Below are positions 16,315-26,924 of a stretch of DNA of 64,000 nucleotides, piece after piece. The notes under the pieces were generated by a model. That model had not been told where the DNA came from and searched no databases. It saw nothing but the letters and a program-made list of their open reading frames with translations. The DNA lies in the NCBI GenBank assembly GCA_023264975.1, contig JAHFUS010000008.1, positions 7,219 to 71,218 on the forward strand. Reading direction: 5' to 3'. Made by a program: the position numbers and the translations under genes. The DNA comes from Actinomycetes bacterium (lineage in GTDB: Bacteria > Actinomycetota > Acidimicrobiia > Acidimicrobiales > GCA-2861595). How positions within the stretch are numbered: the stretch's first letter is position 1; every line of letters begins with the position of its first letter.

Positions 16315-16881
16315 ATGGCGTCCCAGGCCACCTTCGCCGCCCAGGCGATGGAGCACATGGGGTCGCTCTACGGGGCCGCCCTGCGCATGACCAGGAACCC
16401 GGCCGACGCCGAGGACCTCCTCCAGGAGACCTACCTGAAGGCGTACCGGTCGTTCGCCACGTTCCAGGAGGGAACCAACCTCAAGGCGTGGCTCTACCGC
16501 ATCCTCACCAACACCTTCATCAACTCGTACCGGGCCAAGAAGCGCCGCCCCGAGCAGACCGACGTCGAAGACGTGGAGGACCTCTACCTGTACCACCGCC
16601 TCGGCGGCCTGGAGGCGGCGGCGGCCGGGCGCAGCGCCGAGGAAGAGGTGCTCGACAGTTTCACCGACGACGAGGTGAAGCAGGCGCTCGAAGCACTGCC
16701 GGAGCAGTTCCGGATCGCCGTCCTCCTCGCCGACGTGGAGGGGTTCTCCTACAAGGAGATCGCTGAAATGACCGACGTCCCGATCGGCACGGTGATGAGC
16801 CGCCTGCACCGGGGAAGAAGGGCGCTCCAGAAGACGTTGTTCGACTTCGGTATGGAGCGCGGCCTCGTAGGAGAGCGTTAG
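16315..16881 (+). CDS. sigH: ECF sigma factor, SigH/SigR (thiol-stress) type
   Basis: Region 2 [17 protein letters not shown]...WLYRILTN. Region 4 [32 protein letters not shown] anti-sigma gene follows immediately. Confidence 0.9.
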   Translation: MASQATFAAQAMEHMGSLYGAALRMTRNPADAEDLLQETYLKAYRSFATFQEGTNLKAWLYRILTNTFINSYRAKKRRPEQTDVEDVEDLYLYHRLGGLEAAAAGRSAEEEVLDSFTDDEVKQALEALPEQFRIAVLLADVEGFSYKEIAEMTDVPIGTVMSRLHRGRRALQKTLFDFGMERGLVGER

Positions 16882-17165
16882 TGATGGACGAAACCGCCCA
16901 CCACAAGTGCGCGGTCGCCGTGGAGCGGCTCTACCACTTCCTCGACCACGAGCTCGACGACGCCAGCGCGGCCGACGTCCAGCGCCACCTCGACGACTGT
17001 CTGCCTTGTCTGGAAGCGTTCGACTTCGAGCTCTCGTTGCGCGTGATGATCGCTTGCAAGTGCCGCGACCAGGTGCCCGAGATGGTGTGGATCCGCATCT
17101 GGAAAGCCATCCAGGGCGAGGGCGGCCCCGAAGAAGGCAATGGGGGAATGCTTCCCTCCGAGTGA
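16881..17165 (+). CDS. rshA: Zinc-associated anti-sigma factor (RsrA/RshA type)
   Basis: HxxxCxxC motif HLDDCLPC plus upstream Cys (HHKCAV). The start overlaps the sigH stop. Confidence 0.85.
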   Translation: MMDETAHHKCAVAVERLYHFLDHELDDASAADVQRHLDDCLPCLEAFDFELSLRVMIACKCRDQVPEMVWIRIWKAIQGEGGPEEGNGGMLPSE

Positions 17166-17180
17166 CTGTTCGAGTGAGAG

Positions 17181-17372
17181 ATGGCGAACGAACGAGCTAT
17201 CCAAGGAACACCATTCAAGGGCGCCGACCGGCCGTCACGGTCCTTCGGAGCAGGCAGGGTCTGTAGAGAGCCGCATTGCGAGACCCGCCTGTCGATGTAC
17301 AACAGCGGGAAGTACTGCTACGAGCACGAGCCGATGTCCGTGCCTCGTACCCGGGGCAAGAAGATCGCCTAG
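17181..17372 (+). CDS. Small conserved-looking Cys/His (zinc-ribbon-like) protein
   Basis: 63 aa with CREPHC-x12-CYEH. It sits directly after sigH-rshA on the same strand. I cannot name a family. Confidence 0.5.
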   Translation: MANERAIQGTPFKGADRPSRSFGAGRVCREPHCETRLSMYNSGKYCYEHEPMSVPRTRGKKIA

Positions 17373-17423
17373 GCGACGGGGGCCGATCAGACGATCGGCC
17401 GACCCTGGACCTACCATCGACGG

Positions 17424-17558
17424 ATGGACCCCATCCTTGCCGCCAAGGTCTGGCATTACTGGATCGGCATCGCCATCCTCATGCCCGCACTGCTGGCCGT
17501 GCTGTTCACCGTCATCGGCTATCTCGTGAAGGTGACGAGCAAGAAGTACCCCCGGTAG
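17424..17558 (+). CDS. Possible 44-aa single-pass membrane peptide (below the ORF-track size cut-off)
   Basis: Translated by hand: MDPILAAKVWHYWIGIAILMPALLAVLFTVIGYLVKVTSKKYPR. Third-codon positions are GC-rich. Its stop is 3 nt before the next gene's GTG. Confidence 0.35.
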   Translation: MDPILAAKVWHYWIGIAILMPALLAVLFTVIGYLVKVTSKKYPR

Positions 17559-17561
17559 GCC

Positions 17562-18641
17562 GTGCGCTCTAGCCAGGCCATCAACTGGGAGCTGGCCGAG
17601 AAGGTGGCCGTCCGCGTGGCCGGCCGGGAGCCTTTGGCCGATTCGTACCACTACGCCTCGCTGGCGCCCGACTTCGCCGAGTTGACGGCCGAGGCGGAGG
17701 AACTGGTGGCGGCCGCCACCGGGCTTCGCTCCGCCGCCGGCCCCGCCCGGGCCCGCGTCACCGACCGGGCCGGGTGGGTCCATGCCAACATCGCGTCGTT
17801 CCAGCGCCTGCTGCGCCCGATCACCGACAAGCTCGGCCCCCGGCTGGCGTCGAGCCGCCTGGCCCCGGTGAGCCGGGCCGTCACCGGCGCCCAGCTCGGC
17901 ACGATGCTCGGCTGGATGTCGAGCCGGGTGCTCGGCCAGTACGACCTCCTGCTCATCGAGGAGGAGCGCCCGGAGGAGCAGGACATCGTCTACTTCGTGG
18001 GGCCGAACATCATCGGCCTCGAGAAGCGGTTCGGCTTCCCGCCTCGCGAGTTCCGCCTGTGGCTGGCGCTGCACGAGGTCACCCACCGGGTGCAGTTCAC
18101 CGGGGTGCCGTGGCTGCGGCCCCACTTCCTCTCGCTTGTCGAGGGGTGCCTCGGCGCTGTCGAACCCGACCCCAAGCGCTTCACCGAGGCCCTGCGCAGG
18201 GCCGTCGACGAGATGCGGGCGGGCAAGAACCCCCTGGCCGACGGCGGCCTCGTGGCCCTGTTGGCGGGCCCGGAGCAGAAGGCCATGCTCGACCAGGTTG
18301 GTGGGCTCATGAGCCTGCTGGAGGGCCATGGCGACGTCACCATGGACCGGGCCGGCGCCGAGCTCATCCCGAGTGCCGAGCGCTTCAGCAACGTGCTGCG
18401 CCAGCGCCGAGCCGAGGCCAAGGGCGCGGCCAGGTTCGTCCGCCAGCTGGTGGGCCTGGAGGCCAAGCTCAAGCAGTACGAGCAGGGCGAGAAGTTCATC
18501 GAGGCGGTCGAGGCGCAGGGCGGCACCGAACTGCTGGACCACGTGTGGCGGGGGCCCGAGTGGCTGCCCGACCTGGCCGAGATCCGCGAGCCGTCCGGGT
18601 GGATCGAGCGGGCCCGGGCCGCCTCGGCGGTCGTCGGGTAG
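17562..18641 (+). CDS. Zinc-dependent metalloprotease, DUF2342 family
   Basis: HExxH in WLALHEVTHRVQF. N-terminal INWELAEKVA is typical of this actinobacterial family. It sits next to tilS, as I remember for other Actinomycetota. Confidence 0.8.
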   Translation: MRSSQAINWELAEKVAVRVAGREPLADSYHYASLAPDFAELTAEAEELVAAATGLRSAAGPARARVTDRAGWVHANIASFQRLLRPITDKLGPRLASSRLAPVSRAVTGAQLGTMLGWMSSRVLGQYDLLLIEEERPEEQDIVYFVGPNIIGLEKRFGFPPREFRLWLALHEVTHRVQFTGVPWLRPHFLSLVEGCLGAVEPDPKRFTEALRRAVDEMRAGKNPLADGGLVALLAGPEQKAMLDQVGGLMSLLEGHGDVTMDRAGAELIPSAERFSNVLRQRRAEAKGAARFVRQLVGLEAKLKQYEQGEKFIEAVEAQGGTELLDHVWRGPEWLPDLAEIREPSGWIERARAASAVVG

Positions 18642-18653
18642 GTTCGACGAGCC

Positions 18654-19397
18654 GTGGCACGCGTCCTGGTGGTGGACGACGAGGCGGTCATCCGCCGCCT
18701 GGTGCGTCTCAGCCTCGAGCAGGACGGGCACGGGGTCACCGAAGCGGCCGACGGTGTGGAGGCCCTGCTGGCGATCGGCCCCGACGGGCCCGACGTGATG
18801 GTGCTCGACCTCACCATGCCCCGCCTCGACGGGTGGGAGGTGCTGGGCCGCCTCAACGCCGGCGGCCGGTCGTCCGACCTGCCGGTGATCGTGCTCACCG
18901 CCGTCGATGCCGAGGTCGACCGCATCCGCGGTGGCGTCGAGGGCGCCGTGCGCTACCTCACCAAGCCGTTCAGCCCCGACGATCTGCGCAAGCAGGTCCG
19001 GGAGGCCACGGACACGCCCGCATCGGAGCTGCGCCGCCGCGCCGCCGTCGAGGCCCTCGAGCGCATGGCCGCCCTGGAGCGGGGCGCCGCCGGGGGCGGT
19101 CCCCCGCCCGCCTCCCGTCCCCATGTGGCCCGCCTCGGTGGTCCGGTCCCCTCGGCCGGCCCCCGCACCGGCGCCCGGCGCCTCGGCTCCCACCAGGTGC
19201 TGGCCCTGTCCGACCGCCAGCGTGAGCTGCTCGAGGCGGTGTCCTCCACGCCGACCGTGCTGGAGGCGGCCGAACGCCTGGGGGTGAGCCGGTCCAACGT
19301 GTACGCCAGCCTGCACCGCATCGCCCGCCGGCTGGCGGTGGACTCGGTGGCCGAGCTCGTCGTGCTGGCCCGCCAGGGTCGGGGCGACGCTGCCTGA
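18654..19397 (+). CDS. Response regulator (receiver domain + C-terminal HTH)
   Basis: VLVVDDE...MVLDLTMPRLDG...YLTKPF receiver motifs. C-terminal LSDRQRELLEAV...LGVSRSNVYASLHRIARRL. Confidence 0.85.
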   Translation: MARVLVVDDEAVIRRLVRLSLEQDGHGVTEAADGVEALLAIGPDGPDVMVLDLTMPRLDGWEVLGRLNAGGRSSDLPVIVLTAVDAEVDRIRGGVEGAVRYLTKPFSPDDLRKQVREATDTPASELRRRAAVEALERMAALERGAAGGGPPPASRPHVARLGGPVPSAGPRTGARRLGSHQVLALSDRQRELLEAVSSTPTVLEAAERLGVSRSNVYASLHRIARRLAVDSVAELVVLARQGRGDAA

Positions 19398-19416
19398 CGG
19401 GCCGGCGGCGCCGGCC

Positions 19417-20331
19417 CTGCTCGACCGGTGCTCGTTCCCTCCGGCAGGGACGGCGCTTTCGTGCGCGGTCTCCGGCGGGGCCGACTCGCTGGCCCTGCTG
19501 GTGCTGGCCACTGCGGCCGGTTGCGACGTCACCGCCCACCATGTCGACCACGGTCTGCGCCCCGGCTCGACCGAGGAGGCCCTGGTGGTGGCGGCGGCGG
19601 CGGACCGGTTCGGCGCCCGCTTCGAGGCCCACCGCGTCACCGTCGCCGCCGGGCCCAACCTCGAGGCCCGCGCCCGCGCCGCCCGCCTGGCCGCACTCCC
19701 GTCCGGCGCCGCCACCGGCCACACGGCGGACGACCAGGCCGAGACGATCCTGCTCAACCTCCTGCGGGGCGCCGGCCTCGACGGCCTGGCCGGCATGCGC
19801 CCTGGTCCGGCCAAGCCGATCCTCGCCCTCCGGCGGGCCGAGACCCAAGGCCTGTGCAGGGGCTTGGGCCTCGAGCCTGTGCGGGACCCTTCGAACGAAG
19901 ACCCCGCCCATCGCCGCAACCGCATCCGCCACGAGGTCCTGCCCCTGCTGGACGACGTCGCCCAGCGCGACGTGGTGGCCGTCCTCGTCCGCCAGGCCGC
20001 CCTGCTGCGCGACGAGGCGGACCTCCTCGACGAGCTGGCCGCCGGCGCCGATCGGTCCGACAGCCGGGCGCTGGCCGCCCTGGCGCCGGCCGTGGCCCGC
20101 CGGGTCGTCCGCCGCCTCCTGGCCGGTGACCACCCGCCGGGAGCGGCGGCAGTGGAGCGTGTCCTGGCCGTGGCCCGCCACGAGGCGGCCGCCTGCGAGG
20201 TCGAGGGCGGCCGCACGGTGCGCCGCTCGGCCGGCCGCCTGTCGGTTGACGACACACCGCCCGGGGACGGTCCCGCGTCACGGGACCGGGCTTGGAGAGC
20301 GGTTGAGGGGCACAGCCCCCCGACCGTCTAG
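19417..20331 (+). CDS. tilS: tRNA(Ile)-lysidine synthetase
   Basis: The PP-loop SGGADSLALL lies upstream of the first canonical start (GTG 19501) in the same open frame. GHTADDQAETILLNLLRG. The start is set provisionally at CTG 19417 (see findings). Confidence 0.8.
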   Translation: MLDRCSFPPAGTALSCAVSGGADSLALLVLATAAGCDVTAHHVDHGLRPGSTEEALVVAAAADRFGARFEAHRVTVAAGPNLEARARAARLAALPSGAATGHTADDQAETILLNLLRGAGLDGLAGMRPGPAKPILALRRAETQGLCRGLGLEPVRDPSNEDPAHRRNRIRHEVLPLLDDVAQRDVVAVLVRQAALLRDEADLLDELAAGADRSDSRALAALAPAVARRVVRRLLAGDHPPGAAAVERVLAVARHEAAACEVEGGRTVRRSAGRLSVDDTPPGDGPASRDRAWRAVEGHSPPTV

Positions 20332-20340
20332 CTTCGACGT

Positions 20341-20916
20341 ATGGCCGACGAACCGGGCTCCGCCGCCGACCCGAACCTGGGCAAGGTCGTGGTCACCCAG
20401 GCCGAGCTGGAAGCCCGCATCGCCGAGCTGGGCGAGCAGCTGACGGCCGACTACGAGGGCCGGGCGCCCCTCCTCGTCGGCGTGCTGAAGGGTGCTTTCG
20501 TGTTCATGAGCGACCTCGCCAGGGCGATCCGCCTGCCCCTGGAGTTCGACTTCATGGCCGTGTCGTCGTATGGCAGCGCCACGAAGACGAGCGGGGTCGT
20601 CCGGATCGTCAAGGACCTCGACCTCGACCTCACCGGGCGTCACGTGCTCCTGGTGGAGGACATCGTCGACAGCGGGCTCACGCTGTCCTACCTGCGCCGG
20701 AACCTGGCCGCTCGGGGGCCGGCCACCCTGGAGGTGTGCGCACTCCTGGTGAAGGACGGGCTGCAGCGGTCGGACCCCGAGCTTCGCTACGTGGGCTTCA
20801 CCATCCCGCCCGAGTTCGTGGTGGGGTACGGGCTCGACGTGGCCGAGCGCTACCGGAACCTGCCGTACGTGTGCGCATACGTCGGCGACACAGGCACAGG
20901 TACCCTGCAAGGGTGA
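20341..20916 (+). CDS. hpt: Hypoxanthine phosphoribosyltransferase
   Basis: [16 protein letters not shown] and the PRPP motif [14 protein letters not shown]. Confidence 0.9.
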   Translation: MADEPGSAADPNLGKVVVTQAELEARIAELGEQLTADYEGRAPLLVGVLKGAFVFMSDLARAIRLPLEFDFMAVSSYGSATKTSGVVRIVKDLDLDLTGRHVLLVEDIVDSGLTLSYLRRNLAARGPATLEVCALLVKDGLQRSDPELRYVGFTIPPEFVVGYGLDVAERYRNLPYVCAYVGDTGTGTLQG

Positions 20917-20956
20917 CTTCCGCTTCCTGCGCCCGCTCCGACCGCTCCGTTCCCTG

Positions 20957-22939
<1,983 letters not shown>

Positions 22940-22943
22940 CCCG

Positions 22944-23516
22944 GTGACGGAGGTCGACCGGGGGCGAATCCAGGAGGCGGTGCGGGAGATCCTCGCGGCC
23001 ATCGGCGAGGATCCCGAGCGGGACGGTTTGCGGGACACGCCGGCGCGGGTGGCCGACATGTACGCCGAGATCATGTCCGGCCTCCACACCGAGCCCCGTG
23101 AGGTGCTCGACGTCACCTTCGAGGCGGGCCACGACGAGATGGTCATGGTGCTCGACATCCCGCTCTACAGCCTGTGCGAGCACCACCTGGTGCCCTTCAT
23201 GGGGAAGGCCCACGTGGCTTACATCCCGAACGTCGACGGCCGCATCACCGGCCTGTCGAAGCTGGCCCGGCTAGTGGAGGGCTACGCCCTGCGCCCGCAG
23301 GTGCAGGAGCGTCTCACCACCCAGATCGCCGATGCCATGGAGGCCGTCCTCCAGCCCCGCGGCGTGCTGGTCTCGCTCCAGGCCGAGCACCTGTGCATGT
23401 CGATGCGGGGTGTCAAGAAGCCCGGGACCACCACGGTGACGCAGGCCGTACGGGGGCTGTTCCGGGACGACCTCCGCACCCGGGCCGAGGCGATGGCCTT
23501 CATCCACGGGCGGTAA
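22944..23516 (+). CDS. folE: GTP cyclohydrolase I
   Basis: [22 protein letters not shown] and [13 protein letters not shown] motifs. Confidence 0.95.
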   Translation: MTEVDRGRIQEAVREILAAIGEDPERDGLRDTPARVADMYAEIMSGLHTEPREVLDVTFEAGHDEMVMVLDIPLYSLCEHHLVPFMGKAHVAYIPNVDGRITGLSKLARLVEGYALRPQVQERLTTQIADAMEAVLQPRGVLVSLQAEHLCMSMRGVKKPGTTTVTQAVRGLFRDDLRTRAEAMAFIHGR

Positions 23517-23573
23517 GGGCAGCCGTTCAGGCGGGGCAGTGGCCGGCGCCGGCGATGGGCGGCTCGTCGATCG

Positions 23574-23606
23574 GCGGACGTCGCGACAAAGTTCGTCCGT
23601 ATTTTT
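23574..23606 (+). terminator. Possible intrinsic terminator after folE
   Basis: CGGACG (23574-79) pairs with CGTCCG (23593-98) across a 13-nt loop, followed by TATTTTTT. The stem is short, so this is tentative. Confidence 0.35.
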
Positions 23607-23786
23607 TCGGCTGGTCGGTGCTCCTCTTCTGTGCCGGTCCCCGGGGGGCGGCAACGAAGGGGGGATCGCCGGAAGGGCCGGGCAATGGCGCCCGGTCCTT
23701 CGGCGCGTCCACCGAACGGCGCGAACGAGAGGCCGCGGCGGGCGCCGGCGGGCGCCGGCGGGCGGCGGCGGGTACGGTCGCCGGCC

Positions 23787-25214
23787 ATGGCGCGGCGCTA
23801 CGACCTGGTGATCGTCGGCATGGGGTCGGGCGGGATGGTGGCGGCCGAGTTCGCGGCCAAGCTGAAGCTGAAGGTGGCGGTGGTCGAGCAGGGGCGGGTG
23901 GGCGGCGACTGCCTGTGGACCGGGTGCGTGCCCTCGAAGGCGCTGCTGGCGTCGGCCAAGGTGGCCCACCACCTGCGCACGGCCGACCGGTGGGGCCTTC
24001 CGGCCACCGATCCCGCCATCGACACGGCGGCCGTGTGGAGGCGCATCCGGGCCGTCCAGCACGACATCGCGGCCACCGACGACAACCCGGAGCGCTTCCA
24101 GGCCCTAGGCATGGAACTGATCACCGGCACGGCCCGCATCAGTGGGCCCCACAGGGTCGAGGTGGGCGGGCGCACCCTGCAGACCCGCTACGTCCTGCTC
24201 TGCACGGGCAGCAGGCCGGCCACGCCCCCCATCCCCGGTCTGGCCGAGGCCCGGTACCTCACCAGCGAGAACGTGTTCGAGATCGACAGGGCGCCGGCCC
24301 GGGTCGTCGCCATCGGCGGCGGTCCGATCGCCATCGAGCTGGCCCAGGGCCTCACCCGGCTCGGGGTGAAGGTCACCGTCCTCCAGAAGGGGCCCGGCAT
24401 CCTGCCCCGCGACGAGCCCGAGCTGGTGGCCATCCTCACCCGGCGGCTGCGGGCCGAGGGCGTCGACCTGCGCCTCGACGTCGACATCGAGCGGGTTGCG
24501 GTCACCGACGACGGCGCCAAGGTGGTGCACGGCACCCAGGCCGGCGAGCCCACGTCGTGGGAGGCCGACGAGCTGCTCGTGGGCGTGGGCCGGCGGCCCA
24601 ACGTCGAAGGGCTGGGCCTTGAGGACGTCGGCGTCGATATCGGGCAACGGGGCGTGAAGGTCGACGACCGCATGCGCTCGACCGTGCCGTCGATCTATGC
24701 GGCGGGCGACGTGGCCGGGCGGTTCCTGTTCACCCATTCGGCCGGCCACGAGGCGGTCCGGGCTGTCCGCGACATGTTCTTCCCCGGCCGTGGCACGGTG
24801 AGCGACCTGGTGCCGTGGTGCACGTTCACCGACCCCGAGCTGGCCCACGCCGGGCTCACCGAGGGCGAGGCCAGGAAGGTCCATGGGGAGGTGCAGGTCC
24901 ACCGGATGGACCTGTCCCACTCGGACCGGGCCAGGGCCGACGGGGACGCCGAGGGCCGCATCGTGGCCGTCTGCGGCCCGAAAGGACGCCTGGTGGGTGC
25001 CGGCATCCTGGCCGCCGGCGCCGGCGAGATGATCCACGAGCTGGCCCTGCTCATAAAGGACGAGCGGCCCCTAACCGACCTTTCCAGCCTCATCCACGTG
25101 TACCCGACGCTGTCCACGTCGATCGGGCAGCTGGCGGCCGAGGGGACCTTCGCGTCTGCCCTGCGGCTCGCCTGGGTCACCCGTCTCACCCGGCTGTGGC
25201 CGTTCGGGCGGTGA
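23787..25214 (+). CDS. FAD-dependent pyridine nucleotide-disulfide oxidoreductase (dihydrolipoyl dehydrogenase / mercuric reductase-like family)
   Basis: ATG at 23787 gives YDLVIVGMGSGG (FAD fold), the redox-active GGDCLWTGCVPSK, an NAD fold VVAIGGGPIAIE, and the C-terminal interface HVYPTLS. Confidence 0.85.
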   Translation: MARRYDLVIVGMGSGGMVAAEFAAKLKLKVAVVEQGRVGGDCLWTGCVPSKALLASAKVAHHLRTADRWGLPATDPAIDTAAVWRRIRAVQHDIAATDDNPERFQALGMELITGTARISGPHRVEVGGRTLQTRYVLLCTGSRPATPPIPGLAEARYLTSENVFEIDRAPARVVAIGGGPIAIELAQGLTRLGVKVTVLQKGPGILPRDEPELVAILTRRLRAEGVDLRLDVDIERVAVTDDGAKVVHGTQAGEPTSWEADELLVGVGRRPNVEGLGLEDVGVDIGQRGVKVDDRMRSTVPSIYAAGDVAGRFLFTHSAGHEAVRAVRDMFFPGRGTVSDLVPWCTFTDPELAHAGLTEGEARKVHGEVQVHRMDLSHSDRARADGDAEGRIVAVCGPKGRLVGAGILAAGAGEMIHELALLIKDERPLTDLSSLIHVYPTLSTSIGQLAAEGTFASALRLAWVTRLTRLWPFGR

Positions 25215-25270
25215 ACATCCCCCGCTGGGGGCGACTCCGGCGGGGCGGCTGGCCGGTACGCTCGACCCCG

Positions 25271-26038
25271 ATGGCCCCCCTCGTGATGGGCGTGCTCAAC
25301 GTGACCCCTGATTCGTTCTCCGACGGCGGGCGTTTCGTCGACCCCCGGCGGGCGGTGGCCCACGGCCTCGCATTGGCCGCCGAAGGGGCGGACGTGGTCG
25401 ACGTGGGCGGCGAGTCCACCCGCCCCGGAGCGGCGCCGGTCGACGAGGCCGAGGAACTGCGCCGGGTGCTCCCCGTGGTGGAGGCGCTGGCCCCTCACGT
25501 GCGGGTGTCGATCGACACCACCAAGGCGGCGGTGGCGGCGGCCGCCCTGGAGGCGGGCGCCACCCTGGTGAACGACGTCTCCGCGTCACTGCACGACGTG
25601 GCGGCGGCTGCGGGCGCCGGATGGGTGGCAATGCACCGCCAGGGCGACCCCCGGTCCATGCAGGTGGCACCTGCCTACGACGACGTGGTGGCCGATGTGG
25701 TCGCCTTCCTCGTCGAGCGGGCGGAGGCGGCCCGGCAGGCCGGCGTCACCGAGGTCTGGGTCGACCCCGGCATCGGCTTCGGCAAGCTGGCCCGTCACAA
25801 CCTCCTTCTGCTGCGCCATCTCGACGTGTTGGTCGCCACCGGCCTCCCGGTCGTGGTGGGCACCAGCCGCAAGTCGTTCCTCGGCGCCCTCGCCGGCGGC
25901 ACACCCCCCGATGACCGCCTGGAGGGCTCCCTGGCCACCGCCGTGGTGGCCATGGCGAGCGGCGCCTGCATGGTGCGGGTGCACGACGTGGCCGCCACCG
26001 TGCAGGCCGCCCGCCTCGTGGGGGACGTGGCGGCATGA
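25271..26038 (+). CDS. folP: Dihydropteroate synthase
   Basis: MGVLNVTPDSFSDGG, DVGGESTRPG, DPGIGFGK motifs. ATG at 25271 lies within the longer ORF. Confidence 0.9.
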   Translation: MAPLVMGVLNVTPDSFSDGGRFVDPRRAVAHGLALAAEGADVVDVGGESTRPGAAPVDEAEELRRVLPVVEALAPHVRVSIDTTKAAVAAAALEAGATLVNDVSASLHDVAAAAGAGWVAMHRQGDPRSMQVAPAYDDVVADVVAFLVERAEAARQAGVTEVWVDPGIGFGKLARHNLLLLRHLDVLVATGLPVVVGTSRKSFLGALAGGTPPDDRLEGSLATAVVAMASGACMVRVHDVAATVQAARLVGDVAA

Positions 26039-26529
26039 GGGGCAAGTGGGCGGCGGGGCTGCCCCCCCGCAACTTCACCTGGATCATCAGGGACTCTCTC
26101 GCCGTGAGCGAGCGGCCGGGCGGCTACGCCCGCAACCACCGCCGGGTCCGCCGCCAGGAGGAGATCATCTGGCTGCGGGAGCAGGGCTTCAGCCGGGTCG
26201 TCTCCCTGCTGGGCTCGCCCCACAACCTGCACGCATACGACGAATTGGGCGTCACCTGGGCGCACATCCCGTTCAGCACCCTCGACGAGCCCCGCACGGT
26301 CCTGCCCGAGCTCTACGGCCGGCTCCAGGGGTGGCTGGCGGCGGGCGAGAAGGTCCTCGTCCACCAGGAGGACCTGGGGGACCGCATCATGGGCGTCATG
26401 GCCGGGTACCTGCTCGTCACCAAGATGATCGAGACAGGGCCCCAGGCCATCGCCGTGGTGGAGCGCATCGTGGCGCGCCAGATGGGTCCCGACGGCCGCC
26501 AGCTGGTCGCCCTCGCCCCCACCCTCTAG
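26035..26529 (+). CDS. Dual-specificity-phosphatase-fold protein lacking the catalytic Cys (HQEDLGDR in place of HCxxGxxR)
   Basis: ATGA overlap with the folP stop (26035-26038), and its stop abuts the folB GTG. Its layout matches the DSP fold: ...WAHIPFSTLDEP... (general-acid region) followed by GEKVLVHQEDLGDRIMGVMAGYLL. Confidence 0.6.
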   Translation: MRGKWAAGLPPRNFTWIIRDSLAVSERPGGYARNHRRVRRQEEIIWLREQGFSRVVSLLGSPHNLHAYDELGVTWAHIPFSTLDEPRTVLPELYGRLQGWLAAGEKVLVHQEDLGDRIMGVMAGYLLVTKMIETGPQAIAVVERIVARQMGPDGRQLVALAPTL

Positions 26530-26910
26530 GTGCCGCCAGTGCCCGCCGGCGACGTGATCGAGTTGCGGGGACTGCGGGTCCTCAGCCGCCACGGCTGCCT
26601 CCCCGAGGAGAAGGAGCGGGACCAGCCCTTCGAGGTCGACCTCGACATCCACCTCGACCTGTCAGGAGCCGGGCAGTCGGACGACCTGGGCGACACGCTG
26701 GACTATGGCGGGATCGCCGTGGCGGCGGCGGCCATCGTCGCCGGCCCGCCAGCCCACCTGCTCGAGCGGGTGGCCGAGCGCATCGCCGGCGCCGTGCTCG
26801 CCGACGCCCGGGTGACGGCCGTCACCGTCGCCGTGCGCAAGCTGCGCCCACCCGTGCCGGTCGACCTGGCCACCGCCGGTGTGCGCATCACCCGGCACCG
26901 GCCGGCCTAG
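26530..26910 (+). CDS. folB: Dihydroneopterin aldolase
   Basis: IELRGLRVLSRHGCLPEEKERDQPFEVDLDI...DLGDTLDYG pattern. GTG start directly after the preceding stop. Confidence 0.85.
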   Translation: MPPVPAGDVIELRGLRVLSRHGCLPEEKERDQPFEVDLDIHLDLSGAGQSDDLGDTLDYGGIAVAAAAIVAGPPAHLLERVAERIAGAVLADARVTAVTVAVRKLRPPVPVDLATAGVRITRHRPA

Positions 26911-26924
26911 CGGGCGGCGGCGGC

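Noticed and set aside
17235-20255. 1006-aa ORF on the minus strand
   Set aside because: It is antisense to four well-supported genes (DUF2342 protease, response regulator, tilS and others). The translation is Arg/Pro/Ala/Gly-rich low complexity with no motifs. This is a typical high-GC shadow ORF.
23517-23786. Folate/purine-related riboswitch (THF or ZTP/pfl type) in the folE-reductase spacer
   Set aside because: I could not find the conserved cores of either class by eye, for example the pfl-type CCGGGCGGA...CCGCCUGGGC pseudoknot arrangement. The G-rich repeats there look like simple sequence. A covariance-model scan would be needed to exclude it formally.
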